DNA from: Puniceicoccaceae bacterium
GTDB taxonomy: Bacteria; Verrucomicrobiota; Verrucomicrobiia; Opitutales; Oceanipulchritudinaceae
Assembly: GCA_040830765.1 (NCBI GenBank)
Contig: JBFOMH010000013.1
Span: forward strand, 32,001-96,000
Direction of reading: 5' to 3'
DNA: 64,000 bases
Shown: positions 37,602 through 48,138 of the stretch, piece by piece
How positions within the stretch are numbered: position 1 is the first letter of the stretch
Layout of the letters: every line of letters starts with the position of its first letter
The notes under the pieces: generated by a model
What the model saw: the letters and a program-made list of their open reading frames with translations, nothing else
Databases searched by the model: none
What the model was told of the DNA's origin: nothing
Program-made: the position numbers and the translations under genes

Positions 37602-39095
37602 ATGAAACTATTAACCGGGCTCATTATCTGGTTTGTCGCTTCCACGGCAATGGCGACTGACCGGCCGAACGTTCTATTCATCATGACGGATGACCTGAAC
37701 TGCAACATAGGAGCATACGGTCACCCCCTTGTCCGGACCCCTCACATCGACCGGCTCGCCGAGGAGGGTTTGCTCTTCGAGAATGCCTTTTGCAACTTCC
37801 CTCTTTGCGGTCCATCCCGGGCAAGTTTCATGACTGGTCTTTATCCCGATCAGAATGGGGTCACCCGCCTGAGGAGGATGTTCCGCCGCTATGTTCCGGA
37901 TGCAGTCACCCTGAGCCAGCATTTCATGAATAACGGCTACGCGGTTGCGCGCGTGGGCAAGATTTACCATTACGACAATCCGGGTGGAATCGGTACCAAT
38001 GGCCACGATGATCCATTGTCTTGGGAGGAAAGGATTAATCCCAGGGGACGGGACAAGGAGGAACAGCATCTCATAGAAGTCATCCGTGGTATAAGTACGG
38101 ACAAAATTGGCGGGACTCTCAGTTGGATGGCCGCTGGCGGGGATGACCTTGAGCAGACGGATGGAATGGTGGCGACAGAGAGCATCGCATTGATGAGGGA
38201 ATATACAGCCCAGGGCAGGCCCTTCTTTCTGGCGGTGGGCTTTTATAAGCCCCATACGCCTTTTGTCGCTCCAAGGAAGTATTTCGACTTATATGATCCG
38301 GAGGAAATTGAGATACCACGGGTCCCGGACGGCTACTTTAATACCCTGCCCGCGCCGGCGGTCAAAACCCTGACCGTCAAAAAGGCCCAGCTCGACCTGC
38401 CTGAAGCGACACAGCGGGAGGTAATCCATGCCTATTACGCCACCATCAGCTTCCTTGATGCCCAGGTTGGACGGTTGATAACAGCGCTGGAGGAGTTGGA
38501 ATTGAAAGATCACACCATCGTCCTCTTCAGTTCAGACCACGGGTACCACATGGGTGAGCACGACCACTTCCAAAAGCAAACCCTCTTTGAGGACGCGGAC
38601 AGGGTGCCGTTGATCCTGTCTGTTCCAGGTATGGCAAGTGCAGGAAAAAGGACCCCTGCCATTGTTGAGATGATCGATTTCTACCGCACCCTCACTGAAC
38701 TAGCTGGTCTCGAGCAGCCACCGTCGTACATCCAGGGCAAAAGCATGGTTTCTGTCCTCAATGATCCTGAAAAGCAGACGCGAGAATCCGCCCTGACCCA
38801 GCACTATGAGGGCTACACGATCCGTACGAAGCGCTACCGCTATACCTACTGGCCGGATGCCAATGGATTGAATGCGGAGTTGTACGACCGCCTCAACGAT
38901 CCGGCGGAAATGGTCAATCTTGCCGGTCATGCCAACTATGAAGACGTGCAAATGCAATTGCATGCACTTTGGAAGCAACGGGTCGAAGAGGCTAAGGCCA
39001 TCCCGGACGGACTCGAATTCATTCCTCCGGGGCCCGAGGACAATGGAATCGGATCTGCTGAGGCCTTGAGGCTGTTCAAGGAAGGGAAATTATAA
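37602..39095 (+). CDS. Sulfatase (iduronate-2-sulfatase-like)
   Basis: PNVLFIMTDDLN, CGPSRASFMTG, GKIYH, GFYKPHTPF, SDHGY. Confidence 0.93.
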   Translation: MKLLTGLIIWFVASTAMATDRPNVLFIMTDDLNCNIGAYGHPLVRTPHIDRLAEEGLLFENAFCNFPLCGPSRASFMTGLYPDQNGVTRLRRMFRRYVPDAVTLSQHFMNNGYAVARVGKIYHYDNPGGIGTNGHDDPLSWEERINPRGRDKEEQHLIEVIRGISTDKIGGTLSWMAAGGDDLEQTDGMVATESIALMREYTAQGRPFFLAVGFYKPHTPFVAPRKYFDLYDPEEIEIPRVPDGYFNTLPAPAVKTLTVKKAQLDLPEATQREVIHAYYATISFLDAQVGRLITALEELELKDHTIVLFSSDHGYHMGEHDHFQKQTLFEDADRVPLILSVPGMASAGKRTPAIVEMIDFYRTLTELAGLEQPPSYIQGKSMVSVLNDPEKQTRESALTQHYEGYTIRTKRYRYTYWPDANGLNAELYDRLNDPAEMVNLAGHANYEDVQMQLHALWKQRVEEAKAIPDGLEFIPPGPEDNGIGSAEALRLFKEGKL

Positions 39096-42000
39096 TTGCC
39101 CCAACAGGAAGTTGCTCGCCCGGGTATCGTAGTTCCCGTCTGATTCACTGATCGATTCAAGAACCTCCTTAAACGAAAGGATGTAATCGGTGTCCATAAA
39201 GCTGAGGACATTCAGGGCATGCACGCGGACCATTTCCTCATTGTGCTGCAGGGCCGCTTCCATTGCGGCACGGATTTTCTCTTCATCACCACGGCGGTAA
39301 AGGGCTTCGGCTGCGGCAATGCGGACGTCCGGTGAGGTGTCCTCTAGAAGTCGGTGAAGCAGCTTCCTCGTCTCAGCACAATCCTGCTCCAACCGGGCAA
39401 AGGCGGTCGCGGCCCAGTAGCGGACGCCGCTGTCACGGTGGCAGGAGAGTTCCATTAACTTGGGCAGGTCGTCAACGGAAGCAGCAGAGGCGAAGTTGGC
39501 GGCCTCAACCAGATCCTTGACGGGATACTCTTCCGAGCGCACGTAATCATAGCCATTTGTATTGGCATTGCGAATACGAATATTCAACTCACCTTCTGGG
39601 AGCAGGCCACTGTCCCGGGTATCCAAAACCCATCCATTGAGAGCACTTTTCATTCCCTCCAGGACATCGGCGTACCGGGGATCTTCGGCGAGGTTCCTGA
39701 CATTGTGGGGATCATTCAGACAATCATAAAGCTCCTCGGAGGGTTTTTGCGGATTGAAGAACACGGATTGCTCCGGGGCCAGGTTGCCCTCCAGGTAAGC
39801 CTTCTCCCAGGCACGGGTGGTTGGTGCCCTCCACAAATACTCGATGTACTGTCCATAGGGCCGGTGCGGCATCCAGTTACGGGTGTAGCGGTAGCGGTCA
39901 TCGCGAATGGTTCGTGAGCGGTCGATGCGCTCATCCATCCGACCCCTCAGGCTGTAAGCATACTGGCGAGGTGAATCGACGAAATTGCCGAGAAAGGCCA
40001 GCCCCTGCATATGGTTTGGCGGTTCGATCCCGGCCAGGCCAAGGACCGTTGGTGGAAGATCGGCAAAGGTAACAATTCTTCCGGATTGGCTGCCCGGTTG
40101 ATCCGGGGCGAGCTGGCTCCACTTCTCCGGGACGTGGACAATCAAGGGCACATGCAAGCCTGAATCAAAAAGGAATCGCTTGCTCCTCGCGAGAGCTCCT
40201 CCGTGGTCGCTGTAATAAAAGACAATTGTATCATCCTCCAGTCCATCGGCCTTGAGTGTTTCCAGGAAATTGCCGATCTGCTGGTCGAGTTCAGTCACCC
40301 GATCGTAGTAAACCGCCCAGTCCTGACGCACCTCCGGCAAATCAGGATGGTAAGGTGGGACCGGTGCCACCTGTGGGTCATGAAGAACCGGTTCGGTTCC
40401 CCGATGCAGGCTGCTTTCGTGACTGACCGTGAAATTCTGCACGTGAAAAAACGGCTGACCGGGGCGGCGGTTACGCCATGAGGCCGTCTTACTGCTTTCG
40501 TCCCAGGATCCTTCCGGTTTTATGGTGTTATAGTCTTCCTTGGAATTGTTGCTGCAGTAGTAACCGGCTTCCCGGAGATAACCGGAAAGGAAGCGGACGT
40601 TCTCCGGAATGGCATTCTTGCTCCGCATTCCTTCCGTACCGGCAGTATTCGGGTAGAGCCCGGTGGCCAGGGTGAAGCGCGCGGGCGCACAGACCGGCGC
40701 CGTGGCAAAGGCGTGGGTATAACGAATTCCCTGTGCGGCCAGGGCATCCAAATTCGGCGTCACGGCATAGGCATCACCATAGCATCCCAGCAGTGGACTA
40801 TTATCCTCGCTGACCAACCAAAGGATGTTAGGCCGATCCCGCGAATGAGACACTTGCTCCTGTCTTTGGCGGACCAGATATTCCGGCCAGGTTGTTGAGG
40901 AAGCTGGAGCCCAAAGTCGGTTGGTTTCCGGTAACCGTTTCTTCAGGCTGGCCTTTGCATCCATGTAAGTGGCTTTAGCAGCGACATTGGTGTAGGCATG
41001 CGGATCCGCCTTGCGGTCATACAGTTCCTCCGACCCATCCTCCCATTGTATATAATGCAAATCCTTGCTGATAACAGCATGGTTGTTGCGGCCGTAGGTA
41101 ACCAAGGCAGTAGCATCCTCAGGCAGCGGTTCCCCGCGCAGTACCGGAACAAGGCTTTCTCCTTCATTCCGCGGGTTTGGTTCGAGCCCCGCCAACTCCA
41201 CCAGGGTCGGATAGAGGTCCAGCAGCTCCACCGGTCCGGAAACAACTTGGCCAGCCTCAATACCAGGGCCGTTAAAAATCAAGGGTACCCGGGTCCCCTC
41301 TTCCCAGAGGCAATGTTTGGCAAAGGTCCCCTTTTCGCCAAGGCGGTAGCCATGATCTGAAAGAAGAATGACAATCGTATTATCAGCATTCGGACCATCC
41401 TCAAGAGCTTCAAGGATCTCGCCGACGTAGTGATCAACGAAGGTGACACAGGCCAGATAAGCCTCGATGATGTTCTGCCACTCGTTGTTCTCGATGGCCC
41501 ATTCCGTTGTCGGCATCATCGGCAGATCATCAATCCGGGATACGATGTCAGGGATGTCGTCGAAATCGTCGGAGCGGTAGGGAGGCGTGACGACGTCACC
41601 GGTTTCATAGAGGTCGAACCACTTTTGCGGGACATACCATGGGACATGGGGCCTCAGGAATCCAACACCAAGGAAGAAGGGCTGGTCATAGTAGCGGCCC
41701 AAACGCTCGATGGTCCACTGGGCCGACTCATAATCCGGCATTTCTTCATCGGTATCCGGAAACGCGCCCCAGTCGGTGCTGGTGCCCTCCCCTTTCCATT
41801 TGAAATATGTCCCATCGGCAGGCTTGGGACCGAAACCCGGTTCCCTCCCGCCGGATTCGTCCAGCAAACCATCCGGTGCATGCTGGTGAAACAACTTGCC
41901 AATGCCCATGGTGTGATAGCCGCGCTCCTTGAAATACTCCGGGAGAAACGCAATCCCCTCCATTGCTTCACTGGAGGTGCGGATGGCGTTGTCCTCGATG

Positions 42001-42281
42001 TGCCCGTAGACGCCCGTTGTGGATGGCCGCAGCCCGGTCATCAACGATGTCCGGGAGGGCCCGCAAATGGGAGCCTGGCAGTGGGCATCCTCAAACAAAA
42101 CACCCTCCGCTGCCAGCCGGTCCATATGGGGCGTGAGGGCGTTGGGATGACCAAGACTGCCCACGTAGGCATTCAGGTCATCCACCATGATCAGGAGGAT
42201 GTTCGGCGGCTGTTCCGCCCAGGCAAGGGGCGTCAGGGCCAGCGATAGGAGGAGGGGGACAATACTAAGCCGTTTGCGCAT
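39090..42281 (-). CDS. Tandem double-sulfatase fusion with C-terminal HEAT-like repeats
   Basis: Domain 1 PNILLIMVDDLN/CGPSR; domain 2 PNILWLVSEDN/CAPAR; tail VRYWAA, DVRIAAAEAL, VRVHAL. Confidence 0.92.
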   Translation of the reverse strand: MRKRLSIVPLLLSLALTPLAWAEQPPNILLIMVDDLNAYVGSLGHPNALTPHMDRLAAEGVLFEDAHCQAPICGPSRTSLMTGLRPSTTGVYGHIEDNAIRTSSEAMEGIAFLPEYFKERGYHTMGIGKLFHQHAPDGLLDESGGREPGFGPKPADGTYFKWKGEGTSTDWGAFPDTDEEMPDYESAQWTIERLGRYYDQPFFLGVGFLRPHVPWYVPQKWFDLYETGDVVTPPYRSDDFDDIPDIVSRIDDLPMMPTTEWAIENNEWQNIIEAYLACVTFVDHYVGEILEALEDGPNADNTIVILLSDHGYRLGEKGTFAKHCLWEEGTRVPLIFNGPGIEAGQVVSGPVELLDLYPTLVELAGLEPNPRNEGESLVPVLRGEPLPEDATALVTYGRNNHAVISKDLHYIQWEDGSEELYDRKADPHAYTNVAAKATYMDAKASLKKRLPETNRLWAPASSTTWPEYLVRQRQEQVSHSRDRPNILWLVSEDNSPLLGCYGDAYAVTPNLDALAAQGIRYTHAFATAPVCAPARFTLATGLYPNTAGTEGMRSKNAIPENVRFLSGYLREAGYYCSNNSKEDYNTIKPEGSWDESSKTASWRNRRPGQPFFHVQNFTVSHESSLHRGTEPVLHDPQVAPVPPYHPDLPEVRQDWAVYYDRVTELDQQIGNFLETLKADGLEDDTIVFYYSDHGGALARSKRFLFDSGLHVPLIVHVPEKWSQLAPDQPGSQSGRIVTFADLPPTVLGLAGIEPPNHMQGLAFLGNFVDSPRQYAYSLRGRMDERIDRSRTIRDDRYRYTRNWMPHRPYGQYIEYLWRAPTTRAWEKAYLEGNLAPEQSVFFNPQKPSEELYDCLNDPHNVRNLAEDPRYADVLEGMKSALNGWVLDTRDSGLLPEGELNIRIRNANTNGYDYVRSEEYPVKDLVEAANFASAASVDDLPKLMELSCHRDSGVRYWAATAFARLEQDCAETRKLLHRLLEDTSPDVRIAAAEALYRRGDEEKIRAAMEAALQHNEEMVRVHALNVLSFMDTDYILSFKEVLESISESDGNYDTRASNFLLGQL

Positions 42282-42293
42282 GGTCAGCCTGAA

Positions 42294-43649
42294 TCAAAGA
42301 GTCAACTCCCAGCCAGGTTCGTAGTCCCTGCCCCAATACTTTTTCATGACCGCCTTGTCCGTAAACTTGCCCGTTTTGGCATCAATCTCCAACTGGTTCC
42401 CCTCAACGCGTGAGGCGACATTGGTGTAATGGGTCAGATGCGTGCTGACGGCACCAATGGCCATCGGCGTCCTCAATGCTGCATTCCCGCGAATGGCATC
42501 GATGAAATTCCGGACATGGCTGGTGGTCAGGTCCCCGCCCCCACCGAGGGCAACACCGGCTTCCGTGCCACCGATTTTCTCCTCCAGCAATTCGCCTTTC
42601 CTTGAGAACAACCGGTAGCCGCCCCGGTCAACATAGACGCTCCCCTCCGTTCCATAAACGATGGTTCCACGACCCGAGCCATAGGTGGTGTAGCCATTGC
42701 GGCTCTTGCCATCCCACTGCAGCTCCTTGCCGCCCGGGAAGCGGAAAGTGACCAGCATCGTATCGTACATCGCCCATCCGTCGTCGACAAAGTGATACTT
42801 GCCCCCCTGCGCCTGGACATGTTCGGGATACTCCACTCCAAGCGCCCAGCGGGCCACGTCCATTTCATGGGTACCGTTGTTGGCCGACTCAGCCGTGCCG
42901 TAGTGCCAGTCCCAGTGCCAGTTATAGTCTTCGAGGATATCGAGGAAGGGACGCCGGGGAGCGGGACCTTGCCACAATTCCCAGTCGAGATGCGGCGGCA
43001 CCTCAACTTGCTGGGGTACCGGTACCTCACCACGGCCGTTACTGTAGAAAGCGAGGGCCTTGTATGGATCACCGATGGCCCCCTCGTGGATGGCCTTGAT
43101 AATTTCCATGGTCTCCGGGGAAGAGCGCTGCTGGGTGCCCATCTGAATCTTGAGGTCACTGTATTTCTCCTCCAGCGCCATCAGGAAGTCATCCTCGGCG
43201 AGGTTATGACTGCAGGGCTTCTCAACATAAACATGCTTCCCGTTCTGCAGGGCAATCATGGTACCGTAGGCATGCCAATGATCCGGGGTGGTAATGACCA
43301 CTGCGTCGACATCCTCCCGCTCGACGACCGCCCGCATGTCCTTCTCCGTTGCCGGCAGGTAACCGAGGGTCAATTGCGCCTCCTCAAGGCCCTTGGCCAT
43401 CTGGTTGTCGTCCACCTCGCAGATACAGGTGACGGCAACATTCTCAATCTGGGCCATTGATTTCATGAGTGGTATCCCGCGCCGCTTGAGCCCGATCACC
43501 GCGACCCGGACCTTGTCGTTGGCCCCGACAACCGAGGCATAGCTGCTGGCGCTGGTCATCATGGCCAGACCGGCCGTCCCGACAGCTGTTTTTCTGATAA
43601 AATCCCGACGGTCAATCGTGCCGGATGGGTTGAGGGTAGTGTGCTTCAT
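42294..43649 (-). CDS. Gfo/Idh/MocA oxidoreductase with Tat signal
   Basis: DRRDFIRK, TPDHWH, HVYVEKP, GTQQRS, NNGTHEMD. Confidence 0.92.
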   Translation of the reverse strand: MKHTTLNPSGTIDRRDFIRKTAVGTAGLAMMTSASSYASVVGANDKVRVAVIGLKRRGIPLMKSMAQIENVAVTCICEVDDNQMAKGLEEAQLTLGYLPATEKDMRAVVEREDVDAVVITTPDHWHAYGTMIALQNGKHVYVEKPCSHNLAEDDFLMALEEKYSDLKIQMGTQQRSSPETMEIIKAIHEGAIGDPYKALAFYSNGRGEVPVPQQVEVPPHLDWELWQGPAPRRPFLDILEDYNWHWDWHYGTAESANNGTHEMDVARWALGVEYPEHVQAQGGKYHFVDDGWAMYDTMLVTFRFPGGKELQWDGKSRNGYTTYGSGRGTIVYGTEGSVYVDRGGYRLFSRKGELLEEKIGGTEAGVALGGGGDLTTSHVRNFIDAIRGNAALRTPMAIGAVSTHLTHYTNVASRVEGNQLEIDAKTGKFTDKAVMKKYWGRDYEPGWELTL

Positions 43650-43765
43650 GTGACTCCATTGATATTGGGGTATCCGGGGAATTCCGGAGTCCCACAATCT
43701 CAGTTTCACCACTCTCCAGTCCAGAGACAAGGATTTCCAACCGTCCCTTGAATTTACCTGAAAAC

Positions 43766-43790
43766 AAAAAAATCCCGCCTCTGCGGGATT
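43766..43790 (-). terminator. Rho-independent terminator after tRNA-Val
   Basis: Minus strand AATCCCGC-AGAG-GCGGGATT followed by TTTTT. Confidence 0.8.
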
Positions 43791-43822
43791 ACAAATGGGC
43801 CTGATTTAATTATAAATTTGAT

Positions 43823-43867
43823 GGCTTGCCATCCGAAGCTTCGAGCAGAGCGAGGAGAGAAGGATGG
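43823..43867 (-). repeat. REP-like element starting at the tRNA-Val CCA
   Basis: Minus strand CCATCCTTC...TCGAAGCTTCGGATGGCAAGCC; resembles the tRNA-Pro 3' flank. Confidence 0.65.
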
Positions 43868-43941
43868 TGGGAGATACTGGAGTTGAACCAGTGACCTCAT
43901 GCGTGTCATGCATGCGCTCTAACCAACTGAGCTAATCCCCC
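43865..43941 (-). tRNA. tRNA-Val(GAC)
   Basis: GGGGGATTAGCTCAGTTGGTTAGAGCG, CATGC-ATGACAC-GCATG, GGTTCAACTCC, encoded CCA. Confidence 0.95.
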
Positions 43942-44007
43942 AAGATCCGCGGCAGGATTTGCCGAAAGAAGGGCTAAGGTGGGAATTGAATCCCATTTGT
44001 CAACCCC

Positions 44008-45219
44008 TTAGGACTCGCTGAGCCGCTTTTCGGGCTCGGCATAGAGGAGTTCGTTGGCCTCCTCAAGGACATCCATGAGAAGGTTTCCTGCCGGAAGGCG
44101 ACTGAAGAGTTGTTCCAGATCCCCACGAACGCTTTCCATCCGCTCGGGACTGGCCATTTGGCCAGGGAACCAGTCGGCGGCGTTTCCGAGGAGATTGTAC
44201 CGGAATTTGCCGTAATCGACCATGTCATAGGCCTTGGCCAGGTTGCGCAACTGGACGATGCGGCCGATGTTGATCTGGCCGGGGATGTCGGCAATCGGGG
44301 GAAGGCCGAGGGTCCAGGGGTGACGCAGCTCGGGTTCGATTTTGTCCTCATACCGCTCCGCGAGACGTCTCAGGATGGGCTCCAACAGGGAATCCGCATT
44401 ATCGAGATGCGGCAGGGCATCGAGGTGCTCATCGAAATCGGAAGGCCGGGCCGCCCCGACACTAAGGGTGTCGATATCGTTGCGGAGCAGGCAGAAAAGG
44501 TCGTTGAAGGTAATCGGGTGCAGGGGTGCGCAGAGCTCATGAAGGAGCGGCGGAGCCTTGTAGAGTTGGCCTCCCTTGTCGCTGGGGCTGATGATAAAGA
44601 CGCCCATGTCCCTTTCCTTGGCCGCCTGCAGGCAGGTCGTGGTCTCCTGGTAGATGTAGTACCAATGGAGGTTAAGATAATCGAAACTGGCCCCCGTCTT
44701 CTGGTCCGTATGCTGAATCGCCCGGGTGATCACATTGACGGATCCGTGGGTGGAAAAACCGATAAAGCGGCACTTTCCCTCCTCACGCAACCGGAGAGCC
44801 ATCTCAAAGCAACCCCCTTCGCGGGTTGTCCAACCCAGCTTTTCCTCGTTGTTAATCCCATGGATACCCAGCAGGTCGACCTGCTCCAGCTGAAGGCGTT
44901 CCATCGAGTCGAGGACATTGTTGTAGAAAACCTCCGCATCCGCATCCGGACCCACCTTCGTCTGGATGATCAACTTGTCCCGTTCCAGCTTGGGAAGATA
45001 CTGCCCCAGTTGCCGTTCAGAAGGACCGTACCCACGGGCGGTCTCAATGTGGTTAATTCCAACCTCAAGGGCCCGGCCCACGGTCGCTTCCAGGTTAACT
45101 TGTGTCTTCGGATCAATTTCTCCCAGCGGCTTGTCGGTCCAGCCGTCCTGGTAACGCATGCCGCCGCAGGAGAACACCGGCATCTGGAGTTCGGTACGGC
45201 CAAAACGTCGGTACTGCAT
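44008..45219 (-). CDS. Aldo/keto reductase
   Basis: MQYRRFGRT, GINHIETARGYGPSE, IQTKV, RFIGFSTHG. Confidence 0.9.
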   Translation of the reverse strand: MQYRRFGRTELQMPVFSCGGMRYQDGWTDKPLGEIDPKTQVNLEATVGRALEVGINHIETARGYGPSERQLGQYLPKLERDKLIIQTKVGPDADAEVFYNNVLDSMERLQLEQVDLLGIHGINNEEKLGWTTREGGCFEMALRLREEGKCRFIGFSTHGSVNVITRAIQHTDQKTGASFDYLNLHWYYIYQETTTCLQAAKERDMGVFIISPSDKGGQLYKAPPLLHELCAPLHPITFNDLFCLLRNDIDTLSVGAARPSDFDEHLDALPHLDNADSLLEPILRRLAERYEDKIEPELRHPWTLGLPPIADIPGQINIGRIVQLRNLAKAYDMVDYGKFRYNLLGNAADWFPGQMASPERMESVRGDLEQLFSRLPAGNLLMDVLEEANELLYAEPEKRLSES

Positions 45220-45389
45220 AACAAATTAGCCGGCTTGGCCGTACGTTTTCTGTGGGGTTAAGACTACTTGGTTCGGACTCATGACATTTATTGAGCCATA
45301 GCTTCGAGGAATGGCAACCCCTGGCTGGTATTAAATCGCCTTGCTCTTGAACAGGGGGATGGCAAGTTGATGCCGTAACCGTATCCACC

Positions 45390-47057
45390 ATGCTGCACTC
45401 CCTGCGAATAGAGAACCTGGCCCTGATGGACGCAGTCTCGTTGGAATTCGAGGAAGGGTATACAGCTGTCACCGGTGAGACCGGAGCCGGCAAGTCCGTT
45501 CTTCTCGGAGCGCTGGCCCTCTTGTCCGGCTCCCGGGCCGACAAGACGCTTATTCGCCAGGGCACGGATACCTGCACTCTCGAAGCGGGCTTCGGATTTG
45601 CAGACACCCGCTCCCTTGACGCCCTTCTGGAGAATCTCGACCTGCCCGGCACTGAGGAAGGCCAGCTGCTTGTCCGGCGGACCGTCTCCACCGGAAAAGC
45701 GTCCCGCATCCAGGTCAACGGGGCCATGGCCACGCTGGGACAGTTGCAGAAAATCGGCCGCCAGTGGATTGATTTCCACGGGCCTGGAGAACCCCAGAAA
45801 CTTTTTCACGAAAGCGAACAACTGGCCCTCCTGGATCTTTATGCCGGCCTGCGCAGCGAACTTGCCGACTACCGTGCCGGGTACACGGAGTGGCGGAGGC
45901 AACTGGAGGACATGGAGCGCCTCCGCAACGAGGCGCGTCTATCACCCGAGGAGGCAGCATTCCTCAAAGCCCAGATCGAGGAAATCGATGGCCTCAGTCC
46001 AACGGAAGATTCAATTGCCCAGCTTGAACAGGACTTCCGGCGAGTCTCATCTGCCCAGGACCTGCGAGATCTCTGTGCCCAGCTGGACGAGCGCTTCCTC
46101 GGCTCCAAGGCTATTTGCGACCGGCTCCAGTCGGTTCTTCCGCTGGCCCGCCGGTTGGCTGAGTTGGATCCATCGGTGGCTTCTCTGGCGGACCGGGTGG
46201 AATCGCTCGTCATCGAGGCCAATGACCTATCGGGGGAATGGCGCGCCCTGGCTTTTGAATCGGATTACAATCCCAACCAGGTCAAGCAGATCGAGGAACA
46301 AATGGACTCCTGGATGAGCCTCCGGCGGCGCTATGGAGGGACCGTGGAAGGGGTCCTTGCGAAACGCGCCGCCATGGCCGAGCGTCTCGCCGTCCAAGGC
46401 GACCTCGAGGGTGCTTTGGAGTCCCGTCAAGCTGAGGCGGATAAGTTGGAAGCGCATCTCCGCAAGCAGGCGGCAACGCTTCGCTCGGCCCGCTTGAAGG
46501 CGGCACATGACCTTTCCCATAAAAGCGAGGAGCTCCTGCGCGGTCTGGGATTCAAGAAGCCGAAGCTGGGGATCGAGATTACCGCCCGGGAAAAGCTAGG
46601 AACGACCGGGGATTGCGACTGCAGCATGACCTTTGCCCCTAACCCGGGAAGCGCCCTCCTGCCCCTGAACAAGATCGCTTCCAGTGGGGAGATGGCCCGG
46701 GTGATGCTTGCCCTGAAGTCGGTCCTTGCCGAGGTTGATTCAACCCCGGTCCTGGTTTTTGACGAGGTCGATTCCAACATCGGGGGAGAGGTGGCCACCT
46801 CCGTGGCCCGCCTGCTTGCCGATCTGGGCAAGGAACATCAGGTGTTCTGCATCACCCACCTCCCGCAGGTGGCCGCCGTCGCGAAAAACCACTACGTTGT
46901 GGAAAAGGATCAGGAAGAAGATTCGACCACCATCCGCATCGAATGTCTCAATGGCAACAGGGAGGCCCGACTGGAGGAGTTTGCCCGCATGCTGGGCGAC
47001 CGTTCAAGCGAGTCCGCCCGGCAGCATGCGGCAGCCTTGCTCGAGAACGGTATTTGA
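45390..47057 (+). CDS. recN: DNA repair protein RecN
   Basis: TGETGAGKS, coiled coil, KIASSGEMARVMLALK, VFDEVD, ITHLPQVAA. Confidence 0.96.
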   Translation: MLHSLRIENLALMDAVSLEFEEGYTAVTGETGAGKSVLLGALALLSGSRADKTLIRQGTDTCTLEAGFGFADTRSLDALLENLDLPGTEEGQLLVRRTVSTGKASRIQVNGAMATLGQLQKIGRQWIDFHGPGEPQKLFHESEQLALLDLYAGLRSELADYRAGYTEWRRQLEDMERLRNEARLSPEEAAFLKAQIEEIDGLSPTEDSIAQLEQDFRRVSSAQDLRDLCAQLDERFLGSKAICDRLQSVLPLARRLAELDPSVASLADRVESLVIEANDLSGEWRALAFESDYNPNQVKQIEEQMDSWMSLRRRYGGTVEGVLAKRAAMAERLAVQGDLEGALESRQAEADKLEAHLRKQAATLRSARLKAAHDLSHKSEELLRGLGFKKPKLGIEITAREKLGTTGDCDCSMTFAPNPGSALLPLNKIASSGEMARVMLALKSVLAEVDSTPVLVFDEVDSNIGGEVATSVARLLADLGKEHQVFCITHLPQVAAVAKNHYVVEKDQEEDSTTIRIECLNGNREARLEEFARMLGDRSSESARQHAAALLENGI

Positions 47058-47058
47058 G

Positions 47059-48138
47059 TCAAAAGCCGATGCCTGCCTGAATGGAACCGAACTGGTGCCC
47101 GGTTTCCTGGGATTCAAACTCCTCTGTGCGGAACGTTCGCGAATAGGTGAGGCTGAATTGACTGATGCGCAGACCAAACCCAATGAGCACCTCGCCGACC
47201 CACGCCTCCGAGGAAACCGGGGAATTATAACTCCTGAAAACCGGTCCATCGAGGGTAATGTCATGCAGGACCGCACTCCCCCGCACCCCTCCAAAGGCGT
47301 AGATCGAGATATTTGAAAAGCGCGAGCCGTCCCGGATGAAGAGGCTGTGGGAATAGCTCCCGACACGTATGCGCGGTGTCATATACTGCACCGGCAGGTT
47401 GTAACCGGCACGGACAAGGGATCCAACATAGGCATCCGTACGGAAATTACCCAGTGCCGCGCCCCACTCAAGGTACCCGTCAAACTCAATCAGCCAGTCC
47501 CGCGTCCGGTCGCTGAGGAACGCCATTCGATGCTTTCGATCAAAGTTCAGGTTGAGGGTCAATTCAGCCGGAATCTGGCTGTCCCATCCCTGGAAAATGG
47601 GCGAGTTACTGATATTGCGATGGACCCACTCCTGCGTCTCCTCAGCAAAGGAGTACTTGCCAGTAACACCAATCGAGAAAATGACCGAGCTCAGTGCCTG
47701 GCTATCCTTCGCGTGCAGGGAAAATTCAGTCCCCAGCCAGCCGGCATAGGGCCGCTGCCCGGGCGGGGCCTCCAAGGCTTCCGGATCCTGTGGTGTGAAC
47801 ATGAGCTGGGTCAGCCCGATTCCCCAATCATACCGGATATCATCAGCGTTGACGAAAGACGTCAGGTCGCCAAAGACGGGATTACCCTTCGCCCCGGTGA
47901 GGCCCTGGAGCCACTCCTGAAAGTTGTTCAGCTTCTCCTCGCTGATCGGTCGCATGTAGGCCAGGCGGGCTCCATTGGTGTAATCGCGGTCCGACCCGGT
48001 AAAGAGGTCGTTATCCAGCTGGAATATCAGGTAGGAAGGTTTCTTTGCCGAGCGCTCATCAGCAAGCGCAGCAAGTCCGCCTGCCAGCAGAAATAGGATG
48101 CCCGCCCCCAGAAGGTGTCTAAACAATGTCCTCTTCAT
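47059..48138 (-). CDS. Lipid A deacylase LpxR / DUF2219 family outer membrane protein
   Basis: DNDLF..SDRDYTNG, QLMFTP, RPYAGWL, GWDSQI, C-terminal Phe; ATGA overlap with the upstream gene. Confidence 0.82.
   Translation of the reverse strand: MKRTLFRHLLGAGILFLLAGGLAALADERSAKKPSYLIFQLDNDLFTGSDRDYTNGARLAYMRPISEEKLNNFQEWLQGLTGAKGNPVFGDLTSFVNADDIRYDWGIGLTQLMFTPQDPEALEAPPGQRPYAGWLGTEFSLHAKDSQALSSVIFSIGVTGKYSFAEETQEWVHRNISNSPIFQGWDSQIPAELTLNLNFDRKHRMAFLSDRTRDWLIEFDGYLEWGAALGNFRTDAYVGSLVRAGYNLPVQYMTPRIRVGSYSHSLFIRDGSRFSNISIYAFGGVRGSAVLHDITLDGPVFRSYNSPVSSEAWVGEVLIGFGLRISQFSLTYSRTFRTEEFESQETGHQFGSIQAGIGF

Noticed and set aside
43865..43941. Integrative element at tRNA-Val or tRNA-Pro
   Set aside because: No integrase gene and no duplicated 3' end of either tRNA was found in the window
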